NCBI GenBank assembly: GCA_964016885.1
Contig: OZ024761.1
Coordinates: 6,386,001 to 6,450,000 of the forward strand
Source of the DNA: Eledone cirrhosa
Taxonomy: Eukaryota
DNA: 64,000 nucleotides
Reading direction: 5' to 3'
In this document: piece by piece, positions 1-14,190 of the stretch
How positions within the stretch are numbered: the stretch's first letter is position 1
Layout: every line of letters begins with the position of its first letter
Made by a program: the position numbers and the translations under genes
Notes under the pieces: model-generated
What the model was told of the DNA's origin: nothing
The model's database searches: none
What the model saw: the letters and a program-made list of their open reading frames with translations, nothing else

Positions 1-1460
1 CCCAGTCCAGACGGGGAGGAAGGACATAGGACCGTGTATGAGGGGGACATTACAGTGACCATTCAACCCCAGCCCAGACGGGGAGGAAGGACATAGGACC
101 GTGTATGAGGGGGACATTACAGTGACAATTTCAACCCCAGGCCCAGACGGGAGGAAGGACACAGGACCGTGTATGAGGGGGACATTACAGTGACAATTTC
201 ACACCCAGTCCAGACGGGGAGGAAGGACATAGGACCGTGTATGAGGGGGGACATTACAGTGACAATTTCAACCCCAGTCCAGACGGGGAGGAAGGACATA
301 GGACCGTGTATGAGGGGGGACATTACAGTGACAATTTCAACCCGAGCCAGACGGGGAGGAAGGACATAGGACCGTGTATGAGGGGGACATTACAGTGACA
401 ATTTCAACCCCAGTCCAGACGGGGGAGAAGGACATAGGACCGTGTATGAGGGGGACATTAACAGTGACAATTCAACCCCAGTCCAGACGGGGAGGAAGAC
501 ATAGACCGTGTATGAGGGGGACATTACAGTGACAATTTCAACCCCAGCCCAGACGGGGAGGAAGGACATAGGACCGTGTATGAGGGGGACATTACAGTGA
601 CAATTTCAACCCAGCCCAGACGGGGAGGAAGGACACAGGACCGTGTATGAGGGGGACATTACAGTGACAATTTCAACCCAGTCCAGACGGGGAGGAAGGA
701 CATAGGACCGTGTATGAGGGGGACATTACAGTGACAATTTCAACCCCAGTCCAGACGGGGAGGAAGGACATAGGATCGTGTATGAGGGGGGACATTACAG
801 TGACAATTTCAACCCGAGCCCAGACGGGGAGGAAGGACATAGGACCGTGTATGAGGGGGACATTACAGTGACAATTTCAACCCCAGTCCAGACGGGGAGG
901 AAGGACATAGGACCGTGTATGAGGGGGGACATTACAGTGACAATTTCAACCCAGTCCAGACGGGGAGGAAGGACATAGGACCGTGTATGAGGGGGACATT
1001 ACAGTGACAATTTCAACCCGAGCCCAGACGGGGAGGAAGGACATAGGACCGTGTATGAGGGGGACATTACAGTGACAATTTCAACCCCAGTCCAGACGGG
1101 GAGGAAGGACATAGGACCGTGTATGAGGGGGACATTACAGTGACAATTTCAACCCGAGCCCAGACGGGGAGGAAGGACATAGGACCGTGTATGAGGGGGA
1201 CATTACAGTGACAATTTCAACCCCAGCCCAGACGGGGAGGGAAGGACATAGGACCGTGTATGAGGGGGGACATTACAGTGACAATTTCAACCCCAGCCCA
1301 GACGGGGAGGAAGGACACAGGACCGTGTATGAGGGGGACATTACAGTGACAATTTCAACCCCAGCCAGACGGGGAGGAAGGACATAGGACCGTGTATGAG
1401 GGGGACATTACAGTGACAATTTCAACCCCAGCCCAGACGGGGAGGAAGGACATAGGACCA
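1..1460. repeat. 68-bp tandem minisatellite, ~21 copies, running off the left edge
   Basis: Unit ccagtccagacggggaggaaggacataggaccgtgtatgagggggacattacagtgacaatttcaacc recurs every ~68 bp; variation is mainly in homopolymer length. Confidence 0.97.
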
Positions 1461-2446
1461 GGCCCGTGTATAAGAAAAGTTAAGGTCCTTCCCAAGCCTA
1501 GAATCTCATTAGCACAGAGTGTGGTACCGACGTCGATGGCCGTTAAATAAGAATACAAGACCATCTCCCCTAACCGGATGTGACGTCAGTCTAGTACAGG
1601 GCTGCTATTGTTTTACACCTGAATGGAACAATTTGACTTGATGGTACATACACCAGAATGTTGGACATACAACTGGGGTGTCATCTCCTGAGGGAGTCAT
1701 CAAACAACACTATAGATCCCAGTCTCACATCTCGGCAGTTGTCAACCGTCATTTGGGCCATTGTCGTCGGCCATGTCACCCCCCCCCCCCCCTGAACCAA
1801 CTGTCTGACCTAGCCCGCCACGTCACTCACCATAAATCCCCACCCCCATGCCTGACCCCCTGCTGACCATGTCACCATAATCCTCCCCTTGGTATCAACT
1901 GATCATGTCACTCACCCCCCTCCCCCGTACCAAGTGTCTGACCCTTGCTGACCATGTTACGCCCCGCCTCGGTGTCTGACCCTTGCTGACCATGTCACTC
2001 ACCATACCCCCCTCCTCTTGTATCAACTGACCACGTCACTCACCATACCCCCCTCCTCTTGTATCAACTGACCACGTCACTCACCATACCCCCCATCCCC
2101 CTTGTATTGGATCAACTGACCATGTCACCCCCCCACCCCACCACCCCTCATCCCCTGTCTGACCCTAGCCCGCCATATCACTCACCCTGATAAACCCGCT
2201 GTAAGATTGCTCCATTGGACCCTGGACGTTTACCATCTTGAAATCGATCATCGAGCTGGACACTGGTCTGAGTGTAATTGATCAGTGTGTTACAATGGTC
2301 GACTGAGGTCTCTGGGGATCGAACCATCTCGATGTTCCACCACTGCTTCATGGCATTGGAGGACTCAAGAAGAAGAATTAGATATGAAGTACCTTGCTCA
2401 AGGACTCAACGTCTCATGGTCTGAGAATCAAACTCGCGACTTTATG

Positions 2447-2790
2447 ATCTCTCTCTACACCCTCTCTCTCTCTCTCTCCCTCTCTCCCTGCCACCCCCTC
2501 TCTCTCTTCCACCTCCCTCTCTCCCTGCCACCCCCTCTCTCTCTACCTCTCTCTCTCACTCTCTCCCCTCTCTCTCTCTCACTCTCTCCCTGTCACCTCC
2601 CTCTCTCTCTACCTCTCTCTCTCACTCTCTCCCTCTCTCTCTCACTCTCTCCCTGCCACCCCCTCTCTCTCTACCTCTCTCTCCCACCTCCCTCTCTCTC
2701 TCACTCTCTCCCTGTCACCCCCTCTCTCTCTTTACCTCTCTCTTCCACCTCCCTCTCTCTCTCACTCTCTCCCTGCCACCCCTCTCTATC
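2447..2790. repeat. (CT)n-rich low-complexity tract
   Basis: ctctctct runs interrupted by ccctgccacc motifs. Confidence 0.9.
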
Positions 2791-2928
2791 TACAGGACTA
2801 GAACTGTTTCATTCGAACGAAATTCTGATGATTTCCTTCAAATGAAACAGTTCTAGTCATATATATATATATAATTTTCATAAGGAAAGTATATACTTTC
2901 GAACGTTCAACTATCTGGCAGATGGGTA

Positions 2929-2973
2929 AACGGTGCTGATGATAGCTAACAAGCTTGAAACTAGTACATCGTT
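2929..2973 (+). ncRNA. Type I hammerhead ribozyme, family B
   Basis: Stem I aacggtg/catcgtt; CTGATGA 2936-2942; stem II agct-aaca-agct; GAAA 2957-2960; palindromic stem III A-CTAG-T; GUA cleavage triplet. Confidence 0.8.
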
Positions 2974-3131
2974 CCTGTGTCAGTGTTGAACAAAAAGGTG
3001 ACGTGGTTGCCTTAACACCGTATGGCATAAATTCAGGCTATTCGATTTGTTGACAAACAAGCGAACAAAGCTGCGTTATAATAAACGTCGGCTAAACTGA
3101 TGCGTGCATATATGTATGTGTACCTGTATGC

Positions 3132-3198
<67 letters not shown>

Positions 3199-3248
3199 TG
3201 CTACTGTACGTCTGTATACATATATGTACGTACGTATACATACATACT

Positions 3249-3310
<62 letters not shown>

Positions 3311-3413
3311 TATAAGTGTGTGACTGTAGTATGCCTGTATCTATATATATATTTCAAAAACGAAATATATATATATATATATATAGTTATGTAATAAACA
3401 ACATAAGACAATT

Positions 3414-3488
3414 ATTCCATTTACCAAAGGTTTCACGAAGACAGACGAGCTCAGCACAGACGTCTGAAATCGCTCATCAGAATGAAAT
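3414..3488 (-). ncRNA. Type I hammerhead ribozyme
   Basis: Minus strand: atttcatt CTGATGA gcga..cagacg..cgtctg..tcgt GAAA cc-ttt-gg TA aatggaat; 8-bp stem I, GUA site. Confidence 0.85.
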
Positions 3489-3529
3489 TTTATTTGAAGA
3501 GGATAAAAGATATGGATTTAAAACCAAGG

Positions 3530-3574
<45 letters not shown>

Positions 3575-3576
<2 letters not shown>

Positions 3577-4512
3577 CGTTTTTGAATTTGTTTTGTAAGA
3601 TTTCTTCTCTGAAAACGTGTGTTGAAACAGATATTGTTATACTTTGGAAGGGTCATGTTGATTTTCAATTCAATTTATTATAAATTTCTAGTTGGTTGGT
3701 TCGATAACTGGATGGTTGTTTATACATTATCAAACTTCTTTCGTCACACAGTCTGTGACCTCCTCAGTGACTGTTTTTTTTATTGTGTGTCTCTCCTTTG
3801 TTCTGTCCTACACCATCTTGTTTTTGTGTGTTCTGTGCTGTGAACTTGGTTTGAGCATGCCTTACATCCGGGTGTTTGTGTGTTTATTTATTTATCTATG
3901 TGTTTATTTACTTGTCACTAATTGGTTGTTTGTTCTATCTGTGTGTGTCTGATTTGTTTTGTTAGTTTGGTTTTTGTGTGTCTGTATGTCTTCATTTTGA
4001 CCTTAATTACTAGTTGTGATGAAGCTATTCCACTCCTGTTTTCTGTTTAATTTGGGTTGGAGTTCATTTATGTTTATCGCCTCTGTGATTTGTCTGAGCA
4101 TTGCATCTTTTGTGTGTGTGGATATAATTGTTATCTCTATGTTCCCTAATGTGCCCGTCCGTATGTTCCATTTTGGCATGTTAGTGGAGTACTGATGAGT
4201 TTTTCCGATCCTGGTGTTCTCGCCAGTGTTCACTTATCCTCTCTCCTATGCTACGAGCTGTTTCACCTATGTATGTTATATTCGTATTCCTACACTGTCC
4301 CTTAATATATCTTATGCTATATACTACGTTCCTAGTTTTGCAGTTAGTTTGCAGGCTTAGCTTTCAGGCTATGCTTTTCCTATCAGTACAGAGGGTTCTT
4401 TGAAATGGATATGTTTTACTAATCAGGGTTTTTATGGGAATACCTGGTCTTTCAACTATCTTACTATTTAATTTTAGCATTTCTAAGGCCCTTCTAAATC
4501 TGTAAGCTAGTT
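3575..4512 (-). mobile_element. 5'-truncated, degenerate Penelope-like element (GIY-YIG C-terminus + 3' UTR), same family as the 50.3-52.2 kb and 62.3-64 kb copies
   Basis: Minus-strand remnants YIGETARSIGER and 'DAMLRQITEAININELQPKLNRKQEWN' match ORFs at 50696 and 62884; shared 3' UTR. Confidence 0.88.
3729..3771 (-). ncRNA. Type I hammerhead ribozyme in PLE 3' UTR (family E)
   Basis: gtca CTGAGGA ggtcaca-gactg-tgtgac GAAA gaag TT tgat. Confidence 0.78.
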
Positions 4513-4564
4513 CATATATATATATATGCACACAAAAACATACGTCTATCTGAATGTATGTATT

Positions 4565-4626
<62 letters not shown>

Positions 4627-4704
4627 TGAATGTGTGTGTGTATGCATGTGTTGTTTTGAATTTCAGAATTTTTCGGAATATGAAGAAATTTGAGAAAAAA
4701 GGGA

Positions 4705-5426
4705 GTGTTGTAGTGTGGTGTAGTGCGGCGTAGTTGGGGTTGTGTAGTGTGGTGTCGTGTGGTGTCGTGTAGTGTGGTGTAGTATAGTGTGGTGTGGTGT
4801 GGTGTAGTGTAGTGTAGTGTAGTGTGGTGTGGTGTGGTGTAGTGTGGTGTAGTGTGGTGTGGTGTGGTGTGGTGTGGTGTAGTGTAGTGTAGTATGGTGT
4901 AGTGTGGTGTGGTGTAGTGTAGAGTAGTGTCGTGTAGTGTGGTGTGGTGTGGTGTGGTGTGATGTGGTGGTTGGTGTGGTGGTAAGTTTTGGATGGTGTA
5001 GTCTAGTAGTAGGTGGTGTAGTGTGGTGGTAGGTGTGGTAGGGTGGGGTAAGGTGGTAGAGATTGGGTAAAGTAACCCACCCAAAAATCCCAAATGTTCC
5101 AAAGGAGGAAATTTAAAAGAAACTATGTGTGTTTGCGTGTGTTTATGTGTGTGTGACTGTGTGTGTGTGCGGGGGGGGGGGTCTGTCTGTGTATGTATCT
5201 CTCCATATGTATGTTTGTATGTATGTCTGCCTCCGTGTGTGTGTGTGTCTGCGTGTGTGTGTCTGCATGTATGTCTGCGTGTGTGTGTGTCTGTGTGTGT
5301 TTGTCTGTATGTGTGCCTTCATGTGTGTGTGTGTGCGTGTGTGTGTGAGTGTGCGTCTGCATGTGTGTCAGCAGCATGTGTGTCTGCGTGTGTGTGTGTG
5401 TGTGTGTGTTTTGTATGTGTGCCTTC

Positions 5427-5475
<49 letters not shown>

Positions 5476-5812
5476 TCTGTAAGTGTGCCTTCATGTGTGT
5501 GTCTGTATGTGTGCCTTCATGTGTGTGTGTGTTTTCCTACTGAGAGAGGAATGTTAGGGAGATGTGGTGGGTAGGGGAGAAGAGAGGTGACAGAGGAGGA
5601 GAAGGGATGGGTAGGGGAGAAGGAGGGGTGACAGAGGAGGAGAAGGAGGGGTGACAGAGGAGGAGAAGGAGGGTGGTGGGGGAGATGTCAAGATTTTCTC
5701 CAACAAATGAAATACAAACTTTAAAAAAAAAATGGAACAAAACCAATGAAGAAATATTTCAAAAATCTATTAAAATTGAAATATAAATAATTTTAAATAC
5801 GATAAACACATA

Positions 5813-5847
<35 letters not shown>

Positions 5848-5850
5848 AGC

Positions 5851-5887
<37 letters not shown>

Positions 5888-5958
5888 AGCTGTATGTGTG
5901 TGCATGTAAATAGCTGTGTGTGTGTAAATAGCTGTATGTGTGTGTGTATGTAAATAGC

Positions 5959-5993
<35 letters not shown>

Positions 5994-6470
5994 AGCTGTA
6001 TGTGTGTGCATGTAAATAGCTGTGTGTGTGTGTGTATGTAAATAGCTGTATGTGTGTGTGTGTATGTAAATAGCTGTATGTTTGTGTGTGTGTGGAAATA
6101 GCTGTATGTGTGTGTGTGTATGTAAATAGCTGTATGTGTGTGTATGTCAATAGCTGTATGTTTGTGTGTGTGGAAATAGCTCTATGTTTGTGTGTGTGGA
6201 AATAGCTGTATGTGTGTTTGTGTGTGTGTAAATAGCTGTATGTGTGTCTGTGTGTGTGTGTAAATAGCTGTATGTGTGTGTTTGTGTGTGTGTGTGGTAT
6301 GTAAATAACTGTATGTGTGTGTTTGTGTGTGTGTATTTGTATGGAAATAGCTGTATGTGTGTATATGTATGTGTGTGGTATGGAAATAGCTGTGTGTGTA
6401 TGTGTGTGTGGCATGTAAATAGCTGTATGTTTGTGTGTGTGTGGTATGTAAATAGCTGTATGTGTGTGTA
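4705..6470. repeat. Compound microsatellite region: (GTGTR)n, (GT)n, and a gtaaatagctgtat(gt)n minisatellite at 5817-6470
   Basis: Direct reading of repeats. Confidence 0.9.
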
Positions 6471-6871
6471 TGGGAATGTTTGTATATTTTTTAAATTTAT
6501 ATACAAATATGTTTAAATGCTTTTTATATATATATATATATATATATATGAACAATTCGGGACCCCAACGGCTGAGCTCCTGCCGTTTCAATAGCTCAGC
6601 CGTCATAAAACGACGGTTAGTTGTAGTATCTATACATAATATAAAAAAGAGATGTTTGTTTGTTGGTTGGTTGGTTCCTTCGTGCTCACTCACACAAGTG
6701 ATACAAACATAATAACACACAGCTGTGACGAAAATTAGAACGCTGGACTTCTATGGTGTCTCCCCCCCCCCCCCCCTTCCTCAATCATCTCTAGTGTGTG
6801 ACGGAGAAATATCCAAAGAGGGCTCGATAAGGATAAATATATATCAAATATATAAGAACCGTAGACCAAAT

Positions 6872-7010
6872 ATTTATTAAAATAACAGATTGAAGTTTAA
6901 GCAAAGAATCGCTGCTTTCACCCTTAACGTGATCTTCTGAAACTTCTGAGTTTCAGAAGATCCCGTTAAGGGTGAAAGCAGCGATTCTTTGCTTAAACTT
7001 TAATCTGTTA

Positions 7011-7017
<7 letters not shown>
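6872..7017. mobile_element. Fold-back element (inverted ~70-bp arms), each arm carrying a hammerhead-like fold with CAGAAGA core (family Y)
   Basis: taaaataacagatt...tcttctgaaact / agtttcagaaga...aatctgttatttta; further copies at ~8198-8345(-), 23600-23765(+), 52615-52730(+). Confidence 0.8.
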
Positions 7018-7104
<87 letters not shown>

Positions 7105-7920
7105 ACACAGTTACGCAGGACCAGGAGGGACCGATATTCCCGTGTCAAAATCGTTACGAGACCTGGGTAGAGACATGAGCGATGATGCATCTTTTTCCTC
7201 ACACATCATGAAAGTGGCGACAATGTGCAGACGACTCGCTGGCTGGATCTTGAGGACTTTCCGGCAAGAGATTGAGACACCATGTTGACACTCTGGAGGA
7301 CATTTGTCCTAAGCCGCCTGGACTATTGCTTCCAGCTGTGGTCACCCCATAGTGTCAAACTAACCACGGAGCTTGAAGCAATCCAGTGAAGCTACACCAA
7401 GCGAATTGCGACGATGAAGGAGATAAGCTACTGGGAGAGGCTAAAGGGACTGAACCTCTACTCCTTGGAACGAAGACGGGAGAGATACGCAGTGATCTAC
7501 ATGTGGAAAATCCTGGAGGGACTAGCACCTAACTTTGGCATTGGGAGCTGGACCAACCGTCGAACAGGACGTCACTGTGTGGTGCCAAAGGTCCTGTCTT
7601 ACACATCTAGAATAAGGAACAGATATTGCAATAGCTTGGGTTTCAAGGGCCCTCAACTCTTCAACAAACTGCCGAGGGATCTGAGAGATCTGCATGGTGT
7701 GGAGGTGGATGTCTTCAAGAAACATCTCGACACCATGTTATCCAGGATCCCGGATGAGCCCACAGCATGGCACGAGGGAAACCTAAGGGCAGCAGCAACA
7801 AACTCCCTCTTACACCAGTGGCCAACCAATACAGGCTGGAGATAAAATGTGTAGCAACAAGGGTGGTGCCCCAGCATGGTCTCAGCCGGATGGCTGGAAC
7901 AGGTAAAAGAGTAAAAGAGT
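7105..7920 (+). mobile_element. CR1-group LINE 3' fragment (RT C-terminal region), between (TA)n tracts
   Basis: 'LRDLG..SDDASF..HI', 'SRLDYCFQLWSP', 'ISYWERLKGLNLYSLERRRERY..MWKILEG', 'GPQLFNKLP..FKKHLD..L..IPDEP'; contains a stop and a frameshift. Confidence 0.88.
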
Positions 7921-7922
7921 AT

Positions 7923-8021
<99 letters not shown>

Positions 8022-9343
8022 AAAATAGTCAGAACCCCGACGTCTGAGCTCCGTCCACTTCGACAGCTAGATCCGAACTATGCCAGCAGTATTTCAACGG
8101 CCGGAATCAAGCTGAACTTGTCAAAGGGTACAGCCCATATATGGGCATGCAGTCAAAACAAAAAAAAAGCAGAAATATCAAATCAAATTATCCTAAAAAT
8201 TTAAGCAAAGAATCGCTGCTTTCACCCTTAACGGGATCTTCTGAAACTAAAAAAAAAATCAATCTGTGGACACAGAAGTAAATATTTCGAAAAAACGTTG
8301 CAACCGAAGGAAAACAGGAAGACGATACTTTGGTTCGTGAAGACGTTTTTTACAACGCGAGCATGTTTTATCTTTGTAATATAAATTTTTTTAAATAAGT
8401 TGTAATGTGTGCAATTAGTTGTCGTGTGTGACCCTCAAACAACACATATGTGACCCTCAAACAACACATATGTGACCGATGTGGCCCTCGGAGGGACCTT
8501 TAGTTTGACATGTATGTGTTACAGTTTATGTAGATGTAGTGTTTATTGCATATCGAAGTTTCTTTTTTATATGCTGGTTGATATCATCAGGAAACAAACT
8601 CACTAGGACGAAGATTTTTCTTAAATGATCCCCGCCAGAAACGAATTCAAAATGGCTAAGAACTGTGACGTGGCACTGGTCAAGTCAGAAAGAATGTGAT
8701 TGGTGCCTTACGGCGAGTGGGGTGGTTGCTAGAAAGCGCAGCCTAATATTGCCTAAATTGCATCTCAACCTTATGGGAGATTATCAAATATAGAGATTTA
8801 CATATACACAAACTAGACAAAGTCATAGATATATATGTTTTTGGCAACCATTCACGATGTGGCTCAATGATGAATTAATAAATTAAATAATCAGAGCAAT
8901 ATACTATAAATTATGTCCATAGAATCATTTGATAAGATATATACACTATTTCCTCTCCCAATCAGCATAATCAACCACACAAAAAAACAATTAAACCAGG
9001 CTATAAGATTAAAAGGCACCTATGAAGAAATAATAGATAAATAAACGACAGCCCTCTATTCGCGATCAACAGCTATAGAATATTTACCCAGCACTTCAAT
9101 AGCGCGTAGAAATCGATTAAATATATCGTCAACCATACACAATTAGGTATAAAATTAAAGTTAGAAGAAAAAATGCATATAAACATACCAGGATTACGTT
9201 TCTTCCCCTTTTGGGTTTCATTCGCTTTTGGAAATATCTGCTAAAGGATAAATTCTCGAGCTTCGAAATCATCAGGAAACAAACTCACTTGGACGAAGAT
9301 TTTTTTAAAATGATCCCCGCCAGAAACGAATTCAAAATGGCTA

Positions 9344-9405
<62 letters not shown>

Positions 9406-9556
9406 AGAGAGACGGTTTTATTCGTACATCTTCATTATATTATCTAATTCAGTTTACGTATTTCAATGATGAAAAGGTAGTTATATAATAACCACTTTAC
9501 ACGTTTTCTTCAGATGAATCCAGATGCTACTGGTTTAACGTGGTGTTCATCAACTG

Positions 9557-9635
<79 letters not shown>

Positions 9636-9641
<6 letters not shown>

Positions 9642-10220
9642 CTGAGTTTTTCGAATATTAATAATAATATTCGATTCTTTTGCAATTATGCAAACAAGCC
9701 TCATATTTAAAGCCATGTCAGTAGAATGAACTCTTCATTCTTGCACTTGTGTTGCCATGTAAACAGAACTGCAGACACTAATGTTTCTGGGTGTTACCCT
9801 TCATCAAATTTTTTTTTTTATTATTTGAATATGGCAAAGCCGGTCATTAACCGCTCGTTTCCAGGAAACTGACAGGCCAGTCTGCTGATATGCAAATCTG
9901 GCTGATCAGTGGATTTGCTAATATGTAAATTTGACTGATCAGCCAGTCTGCTAATATGCAAATCAGGCCAATCAGTCACTGTGTATTTTAGAAAATATCA
10001 TATATTTTCACTAGTTCTGACAGTTTGGCAGATGAACAGTGAGCTGTACTGATGAAGGGTGATACCCAGAAACATTAGTGTCTGCAGTTCTGTTTACATG
10101 CCAACACAAGAGCAAGAATGAGGGGCTCATTCTACTGACATGGCTTTAAAAATGAGGTTTGTTTGCATAATTGCAAACGAATCGAATATTATTATTAATA
10201 TTCGAAAAACTCAGATTACA
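9636..10220. mobile_element. Fold-back element: ~170-bp inverted arms (9636-9806 / 10050-10220) around a ~240-bp spacer
   Basis: Near-identical mirror ORFs 9510..9716(-) and 10140..(+) (MALN/KMR.VCIIA.ESNIIINIRKTQIT); the right arm contains an HHR. Confidence 0.9.
10041..10090 (+). ncRNA. Type I hammerhead ribozyme (family C), GUC site
   Basis: gagctgta CTGATGA agggt-gat-accca GAAA cattagtg TC tgcagttc; 8-bp stem I including G-U pairs. Confidence 0.85.
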
Positions 10221-10249
10221 TTTATTGTATTCAGCCATGTAGAGCGAAA

Positions 10250-10288
<39 letters not shown>

Positions 10289-10392
10289 CACACACAAAAA
10301 AATCGAAAAAATTTTACAAATAATTGAAATATCTGAAACGCGCGCACACACTACACACACACACTACACACACACACACACACACACACACA

Positions 10393-10472
<80 letters not shown>

Positions 10473-10594
10473 TACAGCAAGGCCGATGTTTTACACGACA
10501 TATATGCAATAGATATATACATTTGGCGACCATCTTGTGTCATACACCGTATTTCATTTTTATATAAAGCACAATTGGGAATATTTACTAAATA

Positions 10595-10725
10595 ATTGTT
10601 TCTACGTTTGGCACAAGGCCAGCAATTATCCCAGTGTATTACTGGTACTTTATTTTATCGACTCCGTAAGGATGAAAGGCAAAGTTAACCTCGGCGGGAT
10701 TTGAACTCGGACCATAAAGGGCCGT
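10595..10725 (-). mobile_element. SINE family 1, 5'-truncated
   Basis: Reverse complement of gagttcaaatcccgccgaggttaactttgcctttcatccttacgg.gtcgataaaataaagtaccag...ggccttgtgcc..agaaacaatt. Confidence 0.85.
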
Positions 10726-10879
10726 AAATTTATTAAAATATTAAAAATATTTAAAATTTAGTAAATATTAAATATTTGTAAGGTAGAATTTGTCACATAA
10801 AATATTCCTATCTAAAATTATGGCGGAAGACTTTATTTAAATTTACATAGCAACCCTTTCAAATAGGTTTATTTGTTTC

Positions 10880-13380
10880 ACAGAACCAGATTTAGTTGGG
10901 TAAGGGGATCATAGATCCAGAGGGGTTTGGGGTGGTTAATATAATAGATTTGGTTAGGTAAGGGGAGTTCATCATAGATCCAGAGAGGGGGGGGGGGTAA
11001 TATAATAGATTTGGTTAGGTAAGGGGAGGGAAGGTCATCATAGAACCAGAGGGGGTGGGGGTAATATAATAGATTTGGTTAGGTAAAGGGAGTTCATCAT
11101 AGATCCAGAGAGGGGGGGGGGGTAATATAATAGATTTGGTTAGGTAAGGGGAGGTCATCATAGAACCAGAGGGGGGGGGGTAATATAATAGATTTGGTTA
11201 GGTAAGGGGAGGTCATCATAGAACCAGAGGGGGTATTATAATAGATTTGGTTAGGTAAGGGGAGGTCATCATAGAACCAGAGGGGGGTAATATAATAGAT
11301 TTGGTTAGGTAAGGGGAGGTCATCATAGAACCAGAGGGGGGTAATATAATAGATTTGGTTAGGTAAGGGGAGGTCATCATAGAACCAGAGGGGGGTATTA
11401 TAATAGATTTGGTTAGGTAAGGGGAGGTCATCATAGAACCAGAGGGGGGTAATATAATAGATTTGGTTAGGTAAGGGGAGGTCATCATAGAACCAGAGGG
11501 GGGTAATATAATAGATTTGGTTAGGTAAGGGGAGGTCATCATAGAACCAGAGGGGGGGGGGGTAATATAATAGATTTGGTTAGGTAAGGGGAGGTCATCA
11601 TAGAACCAGAGGGGGGTATTATAATAGATTTGGTTAGGTAAGGGGAGGTCATCATAGAACCAGAGGGGGTAATATAATAGATTTGGTTAGGTAAGGGGAG
11701 GTCATCATAGAACCAGAGGGGGGTATTATAATAGATTTGGTTAGGTAAGGGGAGGTCATCATAGAACCAGAGGGGGGTAATATAATAGATTTGGTTAGGT
11801 AAGGGGAGGTCATCATAGAACCAGAGGGGGGTATTATAATAGATTTGGTTAGGTAAGGGGAGGTCATCATAGAACCAGAGGGGGGTATTATAATAGATTT
11901 GGTTAGGTAAGGAGAGGTCATCATAGAACCAGAGGGGGGTAATATAATAGATTTGGTTAGGTAAGGAGAGGTCATCATAGAACCAGAGGGGGGTAATATA
12001 ATAGATTTGGTTAGGTAAGGGGAGGTCATCATAGAACCAGAGGGGGGTATTATAATAGATTTGGTTAGGTAAGGGGAGGTCATCATAGAACCAGAGGGGG
12101 GTATTATAATAGATTTGGTTAGGTAAGGGGAGGTCATCATAGAACCAGAGGGGGGTATTATAATAGATTTGGTTAGGTAAGGGGAGGTCATCATAGAACC
12201 AGAGGGGGGTAATATAATAGATTTGGTTAGGTAAGGGGAGGTCATCATAGAACCAGAGGGGGGTATTATAATAGATTTGGTTAGGTAAGGGGAGGTCATC
12301 ATAGAACCAGAGGGGGGTATTATAATAGATTTGGTTAGGTAAGGGGAGGTCATCATAGAACCAGAGGGGGGTATTATAATAGATTTGGTTAGGTAAGGGG
12401 AGGTCATCATAGAACCAGAGGGGGGTAATATAATAGATTTGGTTAGGTAAGGGGAGGTCATCATAGAACCAGAGGGGGGTATTATAATAGATTTGGTTAG
12501 GTAAGGGGAGGTCATCATAGAACCAGAGGGGGGTATTATAATAGATTTGGTTAGGTAAGGGGAGGTCATCATAGAACCAGAGGGGGGTAATATAATAGAT
12601 TTGGTTAGGTAAGGGGAGGTCATCATAGAACCAGAGGGGGGTATTATAATAGATTTGGTTAGGTAAGGGGAGGTCATCATAGAACCAGAGGGGGGTATTA
12701 TAATAGATTTGGTTAGGTAAGGGGAGGTCATCATAGAACCAGAGGGGGGTATTATAATAGATTTGGTTAGGTAAGGGGAGGTCATCATAGAACCAGAGGG
12801 GGGTATTATAATAGATTTGGTTAGGTAAGGGGAGGTCATCATAGAACCAGAGGGGGGTATTATAATAGATTTGGTTAGGTAAGGGGAGGTCATCATAGAA
12901 CCAGAGGGGGGTATTATAATAGATTTGGTTAGGTAAGGGGAGGTCATCATAGAACCAGAGGGGGGTATTATAATAGATTTGGTTAGGTAAGGGGAGGTCA
13001 TCATAGAACCAGAGGGGGGTATTATAATAGATTTGGTTAGGTAAGGGGAGGTCATCATAGAACTAGAGGGGGGTAATATAATAGATTTAGTTAGGTAAGA
13101 GGAGGTCATCATAGAATCAGATGGGGTTAATATAATAGATTTGGTTAGGTAAGGGGAGGTCATCATAGAACTAGAGGGGGTTAATATAATAGATTTGGCT
13201 AGGTAAGGGGAGGTCATCATAGAACTAGAGGGGGGTAATATAATAGATTTGGTTAGGTAAGGGGAGGTCATCATAGAACCAGAGGGGGGTAATATAATAG
13301 ATTTGGTTAGGTAAGGGGAGGTCATCATAGAATCAGAGGGGGTTAATATAATAGATTTGGTTAGGTAAGGGGAGGTCATC
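10880..13380. repeat. 54-bp tandem minisatellite, ~45 copies
   Basis: Unit gtcatcatagaaccagaggggggta(a/t)tataatagatttggttaggtaaggggag; in phase between 11701 and 12241 (10 units). Confidence 0.97.
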
Positions 13381-13788
13381 AGCCAGTTTTTTCACGTCTT
13401 CAGTAAATATGGCCTAAAAGTATTTGTGAAGCTCCAGAGGATAAACGGAAAAGGAGAAAAGAAAATTTCGATTGAGAAGAATGGAATGTAAAACAGGATT
13501 CTCGTGTCAGAGAAGGATGGGGAGGGGAAGGGGAGGATAATTGGGATTTGGGCCTAGGGCACGGTGGTAGAGCGGCTGGGTCCCGTGGACCAGACTACAA
13601 AAGCATTCACGCGGACAATGGCCAGCGACACCCTCTGCAACAGCCACCCCACCTCACGGGGGCTCCTTCCTCGGACGGGCCGCAGATGTTCTGATCTTGA
13701 GGAGGAGCTCGACTGTAGGGTATTTCTTTCTTTCTTATGATTGTCAAATAACTAAATACTTTATAGGAGACGGAACTTACATCTCTCT

Positions 13789-13827
<39 letters not shown>

Positions 13828-13919
13828 ATAAAGTTCAGTTTCAAAACTATGAAACCCTCTTTTTAACTAATTTTTATTTGTCTGTGTATATATGAGGTTA
13901 TGTATGTATATATACATGG

Positions 13920-13982
<63 letters not shown>

Positions 13983-14058
13983 GTTATTCCGGGTTGAATC
14001 GGAGGTAACCACAGTAAGTAAGGTACTCAATACATAGCAGAGTATAACAGTTTTAATA

Positions 14059-14135
14059 TAGATGAGATTCTACAGGACTAGAACTGTTTCGATGATTTCT
14101 AATGAATGAAACAGTTCTAGTCCTGTAGAATCTCA

Positions 14136-14141
<6 letters not shown>
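14059..14141. mobile_element. Short fold-back (family D HHR 3' end), ~33-bp arms
   Basis: atagatgagattctacaggactagaactgtttc...gaaacagttctagtcctgtagaatctcatctat; related to 2788-2859, 26140-26220 and 30756-30820. Confidence 0.8.

Positions 14142-14190
<49 letters not shown>

Noticed and set aside
1-1460. CRISPR-like look of the regular arrays (also 10880-13380, 35520-42626, 47465-47975)
   Set aside because: Head-to-tail units with no unique spacers, no cas genes, eukaryotic context
11652-13379. 575-aa ORF of MMTSPYLTKSIIIPPSGS repeats
   Set aside because: Arises because the 54-bp unit is a multiple of 3 with one stop-free frame; frameshifts occur at G-run variants and there is no unique coding flank
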